Virus record (IMG/VR): IMGVR_UViG_3300029821_000151
Coordinates: 1 to 38,415 of that record
DNA from: a virus
Lineage: Duplodnaviria > Caudoviricetes
DNA length: 38,415 bases
Direction: 5' to 3' (one strand)
The translations under genes were made by a program, and so were the position numbers. Every line of letters begins with the position of its first letter. The stretch's first letter is position 1. Positions 26,601 through 35,513 of this stretch are shown one piece after another. Under the pieces are notes generated by a model, which saw only the letters and a list, made by a program, of their open reading frames with translations, was not told the DNA's origin and did no database searches.

Positions 26601-29600
26601 TGATAATGAGTTTAGACATATTCAAACAACTGACCCACTAGGACATAGGGACAAGAAAGAATACAATGAATTTAATCAATTAATGAAAATAATTCGTGAA
26701 GATTCTCAAAGTGGCAGTGAGTCATTATCTTATCAATATGATGCAAATCGAAATTTAAAGAAGATTATTATTGATCCAAATAAGTATTATGAATTTTTCT
26801 ATGATGCAAAAAACCGTATTGATAAAATCAATATCAATTCATCTACAATCGTTCAATATACTTACAATACTAAAAACCAAATTGTTACTCAAAAATATGG
26901 TTCACATATAGAAAGTGATTACTATACTTTTGGATATGATACAAGAGGTAGACTGATTTCAGTATCTTTCAATGGAGAAACAACACCAAGCTACACATAT
27001 AAGTACGATGAACGAGACCGAATTTCAGAGATCAAATATCAAGATGTAATTACCTATTATTCATATGATAGAAGTGGAAAACTTATTCGTAAAACAAATA
27101 CAGATGGCATATCTGAAAGATACATCTTTGACAATATTGATGCTATCCAAAAATCAATTATCGATATCAACGGTGTGATTAGAAGTTATGAATACATCAT
27201 GCCATATGAAACAAGTCAATACAACTTTGACGGATTCATAAACAGACTTGATCGAGCTTATGATGACGACTATGCATTGATTGATTCCAACTATAACGGC
27301 CAAACAGGACTAAAATGTTATGGTGGCAGTCTAAACAATATTGAAGATGATAGTGTACTTAGAACACCTGTTCTAGTGTTGAGTAGTAGTGCCGGAGAAG
27401 CAAGATACCGAATATCAGAAGCTAACCAAAGAAGATCAATTTCTAGAAGTACTGGTCAAAAATTTAGTTATGCAGAATGGAAATCAAGATTTGATTCTAA
27501 GAAGACTTTATTTGGTTGGTTTAAGTTTTCAACAAATAGAACATATGATCAACCGATATTCTCTGTTTTAGGGCACAATAATTTAAATCAAATTGAACTA
27601 GCGTTACAACCTAATGGACAAATCAAACTCAGAGTAAATGGACAGTATCATTTAATTAATGGAAGTACATTTACATATACAGGAACAAATTGGGTAATGT
27701 TAGCGTTAAAACTTGAAAACTCAGGAAACAATATTAAATCAACAGTTTATATCAATGGTTCAAAATGCCTTGAAGTAACACAGAATATTAAGGTATTACC
27801 AGGAAATACAGTAGATATGAAAGTTAGTGATTTTGGTAATCTCGTTTTAGGGATATACAATCCTGATGCATTTCCATTAGTAACAAGTGAATTTAGAGTT
27901 GCGCATATGCAAGTTGGTGCATTCAATTATACAGATGCAGATATAACAAAGATATATAGTCTCGCATTGCCGCATTTTAATGGAACCATTGTTCGCAAAC
28001 AACGCTCAGGTGTCCTATATCACGATCATCAAGCCTATGATGGGTTAGATGTTGTTACACTTAAAGGCACTCTTGTTTCGCATAAAGGGGTTCATCCATC
28101 AAGTTTTGGATATCAGGCAGGGACATATAAACTTGATAAGACAAGACTATTTGAATATGATGATTCAAGAAAAATCCACGTATATGGAAGTTATGGAAAC
28201 GATAAAGACTTAATCTCATCAAAAGCAAAACTAGTTTATGATTTCAATATGAAAAATACAGGTATGCTAGCTATCCGCTTTAAACCGGTTGATGTAGGCA
28301 CACAATTAAGAACGATTCTATCATTACAAAAAGGTACAGAAACACCACTAGGTTTATATGTAAATAGTGCCAATAAACTTGTCTTAACACAAGACCAATT
28401 AGAAACATTAAGCAATACAATCCTCACAAATGGATGGAATCAGCTGGTCATCAGATGGAACGAAACCTCATTATGGATATACCTAAATGGTGATACGGTT
28501 GTATCTAGAACCAAATCATTAAGTTATGAAAATGCAGTGGTTTCAGTTGGCGCACTGATTAATAGTAGCGTACCATCTTATCACTTTAATGGTCAATTTG
28601 AGATGTTAGCCCATAGTAATCAAATCTTTGATGACACAAAAGCAACATTGATTAGAAATTCTTATCAAACAATCTCCTATGAATCAGAATATGATATGTT
28701 AGGTAGAAAAGAAAAAGATGAATTAAGTATTGGTACCACAAAACGAACTGCAGAATACTCGTATAAGAGACCTTTTGATGATTCAACCAAAACATCCTTT
28801 GAAGTTGAACACATGAAGACATTAGCAAACCAAAACATTTATTACAACTATGATGCGTTAGGTAATATTACTGAAATGGATACACCCGAAGGAACATATG
28901 AATACAAGTATGATTTCATGGGAAGACTCATTGAAGAATATAATCCAGTTCTCAATCAAACTATCAAGATGGAATATGATAAGCAAAACATGACGTACAA
29001 GAGATATTATGCTGGTAAAACCATAAACATGGTTAAGCAGTTAGAGTTTCTAACGAATGCAGAAGATCAATTAGTATATGTTGGAACTGTAGAGGGTGGA
29101 AATGAAACACCTTTAGATATTTCCTATGGTTCTAAGTATGTTGGAAACCCATCAGAAATCGGATCAAAAGAACTCAAATGGGAAGGAAGAAGACTAAAAC
29201 AAATCCTTGATGGTGATGATACAATTGTTTACACTTACAATGAGCAAGGCTTAAGAACAAAGAAAAACATCAATGGTGTTGAAACAAAGTATTACCTACA
29301 AGGCACTAATATCATAGCAGAAGAAAAAAATGGTCAAACCATGCATTTCATCTATAATGAGCAAAATCAGTTGGTTGGATTTGAACATCAGCAAAGCAAG
29401 TATTTTTATGTAAGAGATTTGCTTGGAGTTATTAGAAATATTATTGATATTAATGGTAACATTGTGGTAACATATAAATATGATGCATGGGGAAATCATA
29501 AAGTTTATGATTCGTCAAATGCAGAAAACACCAGCACTTCATTCATTGGTAATATTAACCCATTTAGATACAAGGGATATTACTATGATGTAGAAACTGA

Positions 29601-30321
29601 GTGGTACTACCTTCAAAGCAGATATTACAGTCCAATATTATCAAGATTTATTAATATGGATAATACGCAGTATTTAGAACCGGGACACGTTGATGGTATA
29701 AGTCTATTTGCATATTGCGCTAACAATCCAGTTCACGGATTTGATCCAAGTGGCAAGTTTAACTTTAAAAAGCTTTGGAGCAAAGTTAAAGATTATGCTA
29801 AAAAAGTAGTGAACAAAGTAGTTGACTATTTTCTAGAAAAGGTAGACATTAAATTCGACTATGGGTTTGGTTTTATAGAAAATCAATTAAGAACTGGTGA
29901 AATTGATAAACTATGGGATGCTAAATGGAGCGATGGAGTTGGTTCAATCAAGATACCATCATTGCTTAATCTTGTAGGTATCAATAGTACATTTAATATT
30001 TCTGGTGGATTTAGCAAAGATACAGGGTTATTCTTATCATTCGGCCATTCAACACAGATAGGTAATACAACAAATACAACAACTTTTGGTATTAGACCAA
30101 TTCCATTAGCATTAGCGACCGTAGCCATTGAAGGATTTGAATATGTCAAAGAAAAATTGTCGAGTGTTGATTGGGGTAAAATAGGCAATGAAGTTGTGCA
30201 AGGTTTAGAATCGATTGGATATATTGCTCTATATCTTGGAATTGCTGCTTTAGCAATAGGTTTAGCAGGGGCGACTAGTGGAATGAGTTTAACATTATTC
30301 TTATTATATTTGAACATTTAG
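23617..30321 (+). CDS. Giant RHS/YD-repeat polymorphic toxin (DNRLRE-like N-terminus, CBM-like and LamG-like domains, RHS core, C-terminal toxin)
   Basis: RBS AAGGAG before ATG 23617. Many YxYD repeats; core NPFRYKGYYYDVETEWYYLQSRYYSP...YCANNPVHGFDPSG; 188-aa C-terminal extension. Confidence 0.92.
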   Translation: MIKRITNKQGVSVQSTYVIQGNTTPKGIDETYLATGSNQHILMKFSGLNLSQLERIGRAVLRLVVTQDTTIMPNPTEKTAFYVHRNISDFNPTSVVWTSKPSLASSFEAGFLVPVTQVAAGWMPEDPSQFPYTVVELDLTGILNYWKKNNISFHGITISKSSPGVIINPSKTEVTGINEYFIMEESKLQGLEPLLSHTPVECGFPGVGYVNDLTGELVFQTVSLRTSSKNAPISFTAFRHNRSIPETSKTWFLGSKFSASFEYAIIMETDFAQLIQPNGSESIFTKMTKLEAERYGVFVTESDVYVDLSSYAYATNSGTAIVIRYPDNTKIELNLHKIQKITMPSGDTITYYWNAAQDRLLYMINSDGERVNIYYNSYGKISEIDFVSEQRLFKFTYDSTRTEVTSIILQKWILDPGSSSGDRIYIELEKATFTKSEPYYTVVDVKNDDRTEFQLADEKVYSVVNKKHASGEILNQVQFSRELGKTVIEDFLGNKQYLYFDDYGQVKHKIDDQGKSMKAEYELVGLDGTTRRVTSKSEIQANRNNLIVDFSFDNQIGEYKTTTKGWKKNSDTNNIVKTMFGGVFGNKCLLVRKTGSGQTRITQLISVNPGSYSFIGFEKRINISGNPVIKANITYTILRLAQGSETGILDGSGNSWVSDTVTTSVSTSALTGTTNKWQKFVLPTIIIPTGATNSTIELEIFASHTSGDLLLDDFQLAASEHAVNFNLIPNGYFEENVGAIPTEWTGENLDSYDKIVDSSLDFPYHIFVGTRTMRFTGDFTKTKKLFKTFEVKGTVGDELVFSGWFRGKVLTNEEAKVVVAFINESIVTDTHTVLLQPNDSGWQNISRGFVAKNDFTQIKVSVEYRGFNVLLFDALQLYVNSYESYYAYDDLGNIMDQSSAKASSETISNALGQTVQSSNKQGEVYRYKYDNKGHMTEVKDNKGNKVVHVYDSKGNPITMELNSSLGKVSHSKTFNTKNQLVKSTDEFGRESINLYDNEFRHIQTTDPLGHRDKKEYNEFNQLMKIIREDSQSGSESLSYQYDANRNLKKIIIDPNKYYEFFYDAKNRIDKININSSTIVQYTYNTKNQIVTQKYGSHIESDYYTFGYDTRGRLISVSFNGETTPSYTYKYDERDRISEIKYQDVITYYSYDRSGKLIRKTNTDGISERYIFDNIDAIQKSIIDINGVIRSYEYIMPYETSQYNFDGFINRLDRAYDDDYALIDSNYNGQTGLKCYGGSLNNIEDDSVLRTPVLVLSSSAGEARYRISEANQRRSISRSTGQKFSYAEWKSRFDSKKTLFGWFKFSTNRTYDQPIFSVLGHNNLNQIELALQPNGQIKLRVNGQYHLINGSTFTYTGTNWVMLALKLENSGNNIKSTVYINGSKCLEVTQNIKVLPGNTVDMKVSDFGNLVLGIYNPDAFPLVTSEFRVAHMQVGAFNYTDADITKIYSLALPHFNGTIVRKQRSGVLYHDHQAYDGLDVVTLKGTLVSHKGVHPSSFGYQAGTYKLDKTRLFEYDDSRKIHVYGSYGNDKDLISSKAKLVYDFNMKNTGMLAIRFKPVDVGTQLRTILSLQKGTETPLGLYVNSANKLVLTQDQLETLSNTILTNGWNQLVIRWNETSLWIYLNGDTVVSRTKSLSYENAVVSVGALINSSVPSYHFNGQFEMLAHSNQIFDDTKATLIRNSYQTISYESEYDMLGRKEKDELSIGTTKRTAEYSYKRPFDDSTKTSFEVEHMKTLANQNIYYNYDALGNITEMDTPEGTYEYKYDFMGRLIEEYNPVLNQTIKMEYDKQNMTYKRYYAGKTINMVKQLEFLTNAEDQLVYVGTVEGGNETPLDISYGSKYVGNPSEIGSKELKWEGRRLKQILDGDDTIVYTYNEQGLRTKKNINGVETKYYLQGTNIIAEEKNGQTMHFIYNEQNQLVGFEHQQSKYFYVRDLLGVIRNIIDINGNIVVTYKYDAWGNHKVYDSSNAENTSTSFIGNINPFRYKGYYYDVETEWYYLQSRYYSPILSRFINMDNTQYLEPGHVDGISLFAYCANNPVHGFDPSGKFNFKKLWSKVKDYAKKVVNKVVDYFLEKVDIKFDYGFGFIENQLRTGEIDKLWDAKWSDGVGSIKIPSLLNLVGINSTFNISGGFSKDTGLFLSFGHSTQIGNTTNTTTFGIRPIPLALATVAIEGFEYVKEKLSSVDWGKIGNEVVQGLESIGYIALYLGIAALAIGLAGATSGMSLTLFLLYLNI

Positions 30322-30330
30322 GAGGAAAAA

Positions 30331-30912
30331 GTGGATATTAAGTCAAAGGTCACTCAAGAAAAATCACTAGAGATTGAGATTAAGAAAGTCATCTATTGGT
30401 ATAAAAAAAGAAAACTCTTTATAGATGTCTCATTATATCTGATTATTTTTGGTAGTGGGGTAATCATATTCGCAAACGTAATTCAGAGTGAATACAGTAA
30501 AATAATTGAATTAGCACTAATTTTTCTTTTAGGGATTGTTCTTAAAATAACACTTCCAAAACCACTTATTATACTACGTAAATATAAGGTAAATAATTTC
30601 TTTAAAAGATTCAATACCCCAATAGACAAAATATATAGAATTGATATAAATAGTATTTCTATTGAATCAATACACTTTGACAAAACTCATAATAAAACTA
30701 TACAAATATCAAGGATTAAACATATTATGTACGATGATGATTTGAGTGGTCTGTTCATATCAGAGACTGCCATTGCAAATAATATCCTTTTTATTGATTT
30801 AAAGAATTTGGATAATTTAGCTAAGAAGAATGTGATAAAGATGTTAATCGATTCACTGGCAAGCAAAAAAGCCATCTTAGAACTTAAAAACTCTATAGAG
30901 AAAAGCAGTTAG
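30331..30912 (+). CDS. Putative immunity protein (two TM helices plus soluble domain)
   Basis: Starts 9 nt after the Rhs stop with RBS GGAGGA; very AT-rich. Immunity role inferred from position. Confidence 0.7.
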   Translation: MDIKSKVTQEKSLEIEIKKVIYWYKKRKLFIDVSLYLIIFGSGVIIFANVIQSEYSKIIELALIFLLGIVLKITLPKPLIILRKYKVNNFFKRFNTPIDKIYRIDINSISIESIHFDKTHNKTIQISRIKHIMYDDDLSGLFISETAIANNILFIDLKNLDNLAKKNVIKMLIDSLASKKAILELKNSIEKSS

Positions 30913-30971
30913 TATTAGAATCTTAACTCATATAAAAAAATAATTGAATATTATAAGAAATTATATGAAAG

Positions 30972-31006
30972 ATGGAGAGTCTTAGTTGATTCTCCATTTT
31001 ATTTTT
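30972..31006 (+). terminator. Intrinsic terminator of the Rhs operon
   Basis: ATGGAGAGTC-TTAGTT-GATTCTCCAT followed by TTTATTTTT. Confidence 0.7.
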
Positions 31007-31204
31007 AGTTCAATTTGCTGGTTATGGTCATGTTATTGTTAATTATATTCTTTACTGAAATTACTCAAAAGGTTGACATGGTTTCTATGCTGCTATTGAT
31101 ATTTATTGCATTATCGACAAAAGATATAAGTGCTAGTTATATCTATGTTTATTTAGTTGGCATAATGAGTCTCTGATTTTCATAAATAAATATACAACCA
31201 ATTA

Positions 31205-31377
31205 CTCGATTATGCCACTATTTTCCACTTTAGGTCATTTTCTTACCAGTTGTAGTAGGTCAACAATTTTCCATTATTTACACATAGATTCCACTACTTA
31301 TTCGATTTTTCTCGAATTGGCATTTTCTTACCAGTTAAGGTTAAAGAGCCCTTAAAAACACGACCCTTTAAGGTTAA
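31205..31377. repeat. Repeat cluster at the right cargo junction
   Basis: CATTTTCTTACCAGTT at 31236-31251 and 31321-31336; TTAAGGTTAA at 31335 and 31368; CCAC/CCAT/CCAG cores at roughly 10-bp spacing. Confidence 0.7.
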
Positions 31378-31394
31378 CAGAGACTCCACAAGGA

Positions 31395-32060
31395 TTGACA
31401 GAAATTCAAGCGACTATTACGTTTTTAAAGGGGTATCCAGGTTATACAGAACTGATGAATTATCTAAAACTTGGAGAAAAAGAACTCAAACTTTATTACG
31501 AAGCGGATGATTCCGCTTTTTGTTTTGTCGATATAAAATCAGTATCCAAACAAGAACTTGTTGCTGGTACACTCAGTTGTCAGATTGTGTTTCAAAAATT
31601 ATCTTTATGGCTCAAAACACAGACATATACTATTGAGGTTAACGAGTCTAACTTAGGCAAAGTTTATCCATACACTTATCCATATACCTATTCAGCATTT
31701 TATGAAGGTAAAATTCAAATCATTAATCGTGGTATTTTTAAAGCACCACTTTTGATAGAAATCATGGGTGCGGTAGATGAGCCTGAAGTCATTATCAGAA
31801 AAGGCAGTAAAATCATCACGATGTTTAGATTGTTTCATAGTCAAAACAGTGGTGAGATTCATGCGTCGGCTGTTCCAAATAAGCAGTTCATTCGAAAGAT
31901 AGACAACGGTGAGATTGTTTCCATCTATGGACTACAAGATTTCACTTGTGACAATTTTTTATTTGTTGAACCTGGTGAGTATGAAGTTGAATTTAGGCCA
32001 GGTGTAGCAAATCTCACCACATGCAGAATAACGATTTATGAAGGCTATCTGGGGGTATAG
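31395..32060 (+). pseudogene. Distal tail protein (Dit-like), probably 5'-truncated
   Basis: YPYTYPYTY...IINRGIFKAPLLIEIMG...FLFVEPGEYEVEF is Dit-like. The TTG start has no properly spaced RBS and the frame is closed by TAA at 31353. Confidence 0.65.
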
Positions 32061-32062
32061 GT

Positions 32063-33187
32063 ATGCAACTTGTATTCCTTGATAGACTTAATTTGGCTTA
32101 CAAAGACTATGGCTATGTTGATAAGGATTTTGAAATTGCATTAGACCTTGTCATTATTCAAAAGTCATTATTCACAATCAATAAATCAAAGCTGAACGTG
32201 TCAGTTGGTGACATTGTAATATTAAAAGATGCACCAATTCATTACATTGGTATTGTAGAAAGATTAGAAGTTGCTGACAAGCATCGGACAACAGTCCATG
32301 TCTTGGATTTTAAAGAAATGTTTTCGATCGATATACCTGTTGAAAGTTACACTGGGGATTTAAGCCTATACTTGGAGAACATGCTCGTTGGAAACTTCAA
32401 GCAAAGTAATGACCCTCTTCAAAATTTAAGCTATCTTACCATCGAGCGTGGTTCCAGTGTTCAAGGTGAACTTTCATTTGAGCCAGATAAAATCATGTCC
32501 TTAGCATCGGTTATGGAATTAATAACCAAATCATATGGATTAAGATTAACAACCGAAGCGGTTTATCTACGAGGTAGAGTTACAGGCATCATCTTTCGAA
32601 TAGGCGAGGTTCAAAGAGGAATCAAACTCAAGAATAATTACCAAGCTATTCAAGACTTAGTCGTGAATGATAGCTCAAGTCAAATGGTTAATAAACTAAC
32701 TTATTACCCGAAATTAGAAAACGTATTGTTCAAAACCACGCTTGTCTATTACTTGCTAACAAATGGAGAATTGACACAAGATATCCATCATCCGCACAGG
32801 TACATGAGTGTCAAACCAAAGGCATTTTATTATACGGATAATGATTATCCGACTTTACTTACTAAAGCAAGATCCGAGATGATCGCATCCAAGCTCGATC
32901 ATAACATTACTTTCACGATTAAATCCGACAACGATGTATTCCAACCCATGAAAAATATCGAACTTGGGGATTTCGTAGAGTTTGTGAACAACGAACAAAC
33001 CTATGATTCAGTGGTTACAAGCATCAAGTTTAGTCAGGGGTTTCACAAAGCAATGGTAACACTGGGCGAGTACCGTATTAAGCTTACCGAAAAAATCCAG
33101 CTTTTAAACAAAAGTGTGAACTCTGCAATGAGTCACATCTCAATACAATCAACTGGGATCACGGATCTCGATGGAGGAGAATTTTAA
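32063..33187 (+). CDS. Tail-tip/baseplate hub protein (Tal/Gp37-like)
   Basis: Follows Dit; C-terminal IELGDFVEF...SVVTSIKF...VTLGEYR pattern; ends DLDGGEF. Confidence 0.7.
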   Translation: MQLVFLDRLNLAYKDYGYVDKDFEIALDLVIIQKSLFTINKSKLNVSVGDIVILKDAPIHYIGIVERLEVADKHRTTVHVLDFKEMFSIDIPVESYTGDLSLYLENMLVGNFKQSNDPLQNLSYLTIERGSSVQGELSFEPDKIMSLASVMELITKSYGLRLTTEAVYLRGRVTGIIFRIGEVQRGIKLKNNYQAIQDLVVNDSSSQMVNKLTYYPKLENVLFKTTLVYYLLTNGELTQDIHHPHRYMSVKPKAFYYTDNDYPTLLTKARSEMIASKLDHNITFTIKSDNDVFQPMKNIELGDFVEFVNNEQTYDSVVTSIKFSQGFHKAMVTLGEYRIKLTEKIQLLNKSVNSAMSHISIQSTGITDLDGGEF

Positions 33188-33963
33188 TGGGTGTTCAAAA
33201 AATTACCTTTGATGGTGCAAATGTCACATCGAAAATCGATGCAGATTTGTATCATTTTTTATTTTCAAGTGACGTTGGAATCTTACGAAACGTTAAGTCA
33301 GGATGTAGTTACACGCTAGCCAATAATACCATCACTTTTTTGGATGGTTATGTTGGCATTTATGGACGTATTATCTATCTAGAAAATATGACCACCGTTT
33401 CAGTCACGCCAGATTCTAACAAGTTTGGCTATGTAGTTCTTGGGATTGACACTCAATCGAACACAGTAAGTATTTATATCAAAGAAGCAGTTGGAACCTA
33501 TCCTATCCTAACCCAAAACAATCTACAGAATGCGGATGGGCTTTATGAGTTTGCATTAGCTGCCTATTCGAAAACAACGACTTCAGTAACCCTTATCAAT
33601 GGTTTTGAAAGAAGTGCGATTACATCAGATAAACAACGAATCAGTGATCTTGAAGCAAAAGTCAACGATCGATTTTATCCACATAAGTTGTTGATAACTA
33701 AGATTAGTAATGGTGTTTATCGCTTTGGTGACATAAATTCTGCAATTTTGATGGAAAGCATACTCTATGTAGTTATTGAAAACACAACTGTGGTGAGCCT
33801 ACCGACTAATCAGTTATTTATCGTTGTTGGTTCGAGCTCATCCATGAATTACAGATACGCTGGTTCGGATTATTCATTAGGTATATCCTATGCAAGCGGA
33901 CTCGTCACTTTGTCATTGGGTAATACAACACATCGAGTTACACAAGCATATTTAAAAAAATAA
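33187..33963 (+). CDS. Baseplate/tail structural protein
   Basis: Translationally coupled; TFDGANVTSKIDADLY...LTQNNLQNADGLYEFALA resembles siphophage baseplate proteins. Confidence 0.6.
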   Translation: MGVQKITFDGANVTSKIDADLYHFLFSSDVGILRNVKSGCSYTLANNTITFLDGYVGIYGRIIYLENMTTVSVTPDSNKFGYVVLGIDTQSNTVSIYIKEAVGTYPILTQNNLQNADGLYEFALAAYSKTTTSVTLINGFERSAITSDKQRISDLEAKVNDRFYPHKLLITKISNGVYRFGDINSAILMESILYVVIENTTVVSLPTNQLFIVVGSSSSMNYRYAGSDYSLGISYASGLVTLSLGNTTHRVTQAYLKK

Positions 33964-33975
33964 GGAGAGAAAAAT

Positions 33976-34827
33976 ATGGCAACTATTCAAATTAAAAGAC
34001 GTACAACTGCTGGGACTGGTCCGCTTACTGGAAGTACTGGAACGATTAAAGCTGGAGAACCGCTAGTCGATTTTAATGGCGAGCATCTCTTCATCGCTAA
34101 AGCTGATAAGACAGGATCCGTTGGAACACCACTTGTTGAATCAGATTATTTAAAGATTCCTGGTGTAGCGAAAGTCGATACACAAATCGACACCAAAATT
34201 ACAGCTTTAGGATTAGGAACTGCAGCAACTAAGAATACAGGTACTGGGAATGGCAACATTCCGATTTTGGATGCTGATGGTAAACTAGCAGACTCAGTCA
34301 TTCCAAAGGTGGCTATAACAAACACATGGGTTGTAGCAAGCCAAGCAGCAATGTTAGCTTTGTCAAATGCCCAAGAGGGTGACGTTGCAGTCAGAACCGA
34401 CATTAATAAGTCATTCATCTTGAAAACAACTGGATATGCAACTCTGGCCCACTGGCAAGAATTACTGACACCAACAGATTCAGTAACAAGCGTTAACGGA
34501 TCGACTGGTGCAGTCACCATTACACTTGCAGGACTAGGTGGTGTTTCAACAACTACGTATAATGCTCACGTTGCTGCTGATGTGCATTTAACAACGACTC
34601 AAAAATCCATATTAGCTAACGTTTTGAATACTCGAATTCTCTCAGGTGCTGGCTCTGAGTTCATGGTTTCGCAAGCGGCATTTGATGCTGCTGTACTTTC
34701 TAACGGGATTAAGCTCTATCAGTATATCGACTCAAACTATACACCTAGCGTTGTAAAATATGCAATTGGAATCGATACTACAAAAGTTCTACAACCTTCA
34801 TCAATCATTGATGGTGGTACTTACTAA
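33976..34827 (+). CDS. Tail fibre protein
   Basis: MATIQIKRR...GEP N-terminus (Mtd-N/hyaluronidase-N-like), LGTAATKNTG, VTSVNGSTGAV; Thr/Gly/Ala-rich; ends IIDGGTY. Confidence 0.8.
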   Translation: MATIQIKRRTTAGTGPLTGSTGTIKAGEPLVDFNGEHLFIAKADKTGSVGTPLVESDYLKIPGVAKVDTQIDTKITALGLGTAATKNTGTGNGNIPILDADGKLADSVIPKVAITNTWVVASQAAMLALSNAQEGDVAVRTDINKSFILKTTGYATLAHWQELLTPTDSVTSVNGSTGAVTITLAGLGGVSTTTYNAHVAADVHLTTTQKSILANVLNTRILSGAGSEFMVSQAAFDAAVLSNGIKLYQYIDSNYTPSVVKYAIGIDTTKVLQPSSIIDGGTY

Positions 34828-35507
34828 TGGCAATCCTTCGGGTGAAACGAGGCACCACAAAGCCTTCAACAGCTAACTTAGCGTATGTAGGCGAGTTAGC
34901 CTTCGATTATACAAACAACGCCCTTTACGCCCGAAATTCAACGTCAGTTGTGAAGGTAGGTGGAGAACTAGAACTTGTGTATTCAATTGAAACTGCAGCA
35001 AGCTCAATCAGCGTTTCTTATGCTTTTAACTCAGCATACATTTACACGATTGTGGTGATAGCAACCACTTATGGAAGCACAGTAGATACATCATCTACAA
35101 CAATTAACTATCGAACTTCAGGTTTATCAAATATTAGTGGTTCTGCACTTGCTACCTATGCAAACGATGTGGCAAGTGGTGTCACAAAAATGTTCAATGG
35201 TAGCTCAACTTCACTTGCTATTCCAGATAGTTATTCCAGTGGTATTACCCTTGCAAGTGGAATATCTAAAACGATTACCTTTCAACTTACTCCAATTTTT
35301 TCAACAGGATTTACTGATGTTAGACAATGGTTATCTACAGGTAGAAGTGTGACGACAGTGACGGGGCAAGCGAATGCTTCCATCACCATGACTGAGTTTG
35401 CACATTCAATTGGTGGAGTTCCACAAAATCTTTTAATTAATCCTGGACTTGACTTGGGATCACCCGATCTCATTTCAGTGTCCATTTATCGCACAGCGAG
35501 AAAGTAG
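34827..35507 (+). CDS. Tail fibre / receptor-binding protein
   Basis: MAILRVKRGTTKP...VGELAFD N-terminus; Ser/Thr-rich beta-type C-terminal domain. Confidence 0.7.
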   Translation: MAILRVKRGTTKPSTANLAYVGELAFDYTNNALYARNSTSVVKVGGELELVYSIETAASSISVSYAFNSAYIYTIVVIATTYGSTVDTSSTTINYRTSGLSNISGSALATYANDVASGVTKMFNGSSTSLAIPDSYSSGITLASGISKTITFQLTPIFSTGFTDVRQWLSTGRSVTTVTGQANASITMTEFAHSIGGVPQNLLINPGLDLGSPDLISVSIYRTARK

Positions 35508-35513
35508 GTTATT

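Noticed and set aside
31024-31176. 50-aa hydrophobic ORF (MVMLLLIIFF...MVSMLLLIF...) after the Rhs terminator
   Set aside because: No RBS, and T-rich DNA readily yields hydrophobic ORFs; it may be a remnant but cannot be supported as a gene.
23617-35507. Rhs toxin delivered by a tailocin built from the adjacent tail genes
   Set aside because: No tail tube, sheath or tape measure gene, Dit appears truncated, and a terminator separates the Rhs operon from the tail genes.
33976-35507. Diversity-generating retroelement targeting the Mtd-N-like fibres
   Set aside because: No reverse transcriptase and no template/variable repeat pair seen in the window.
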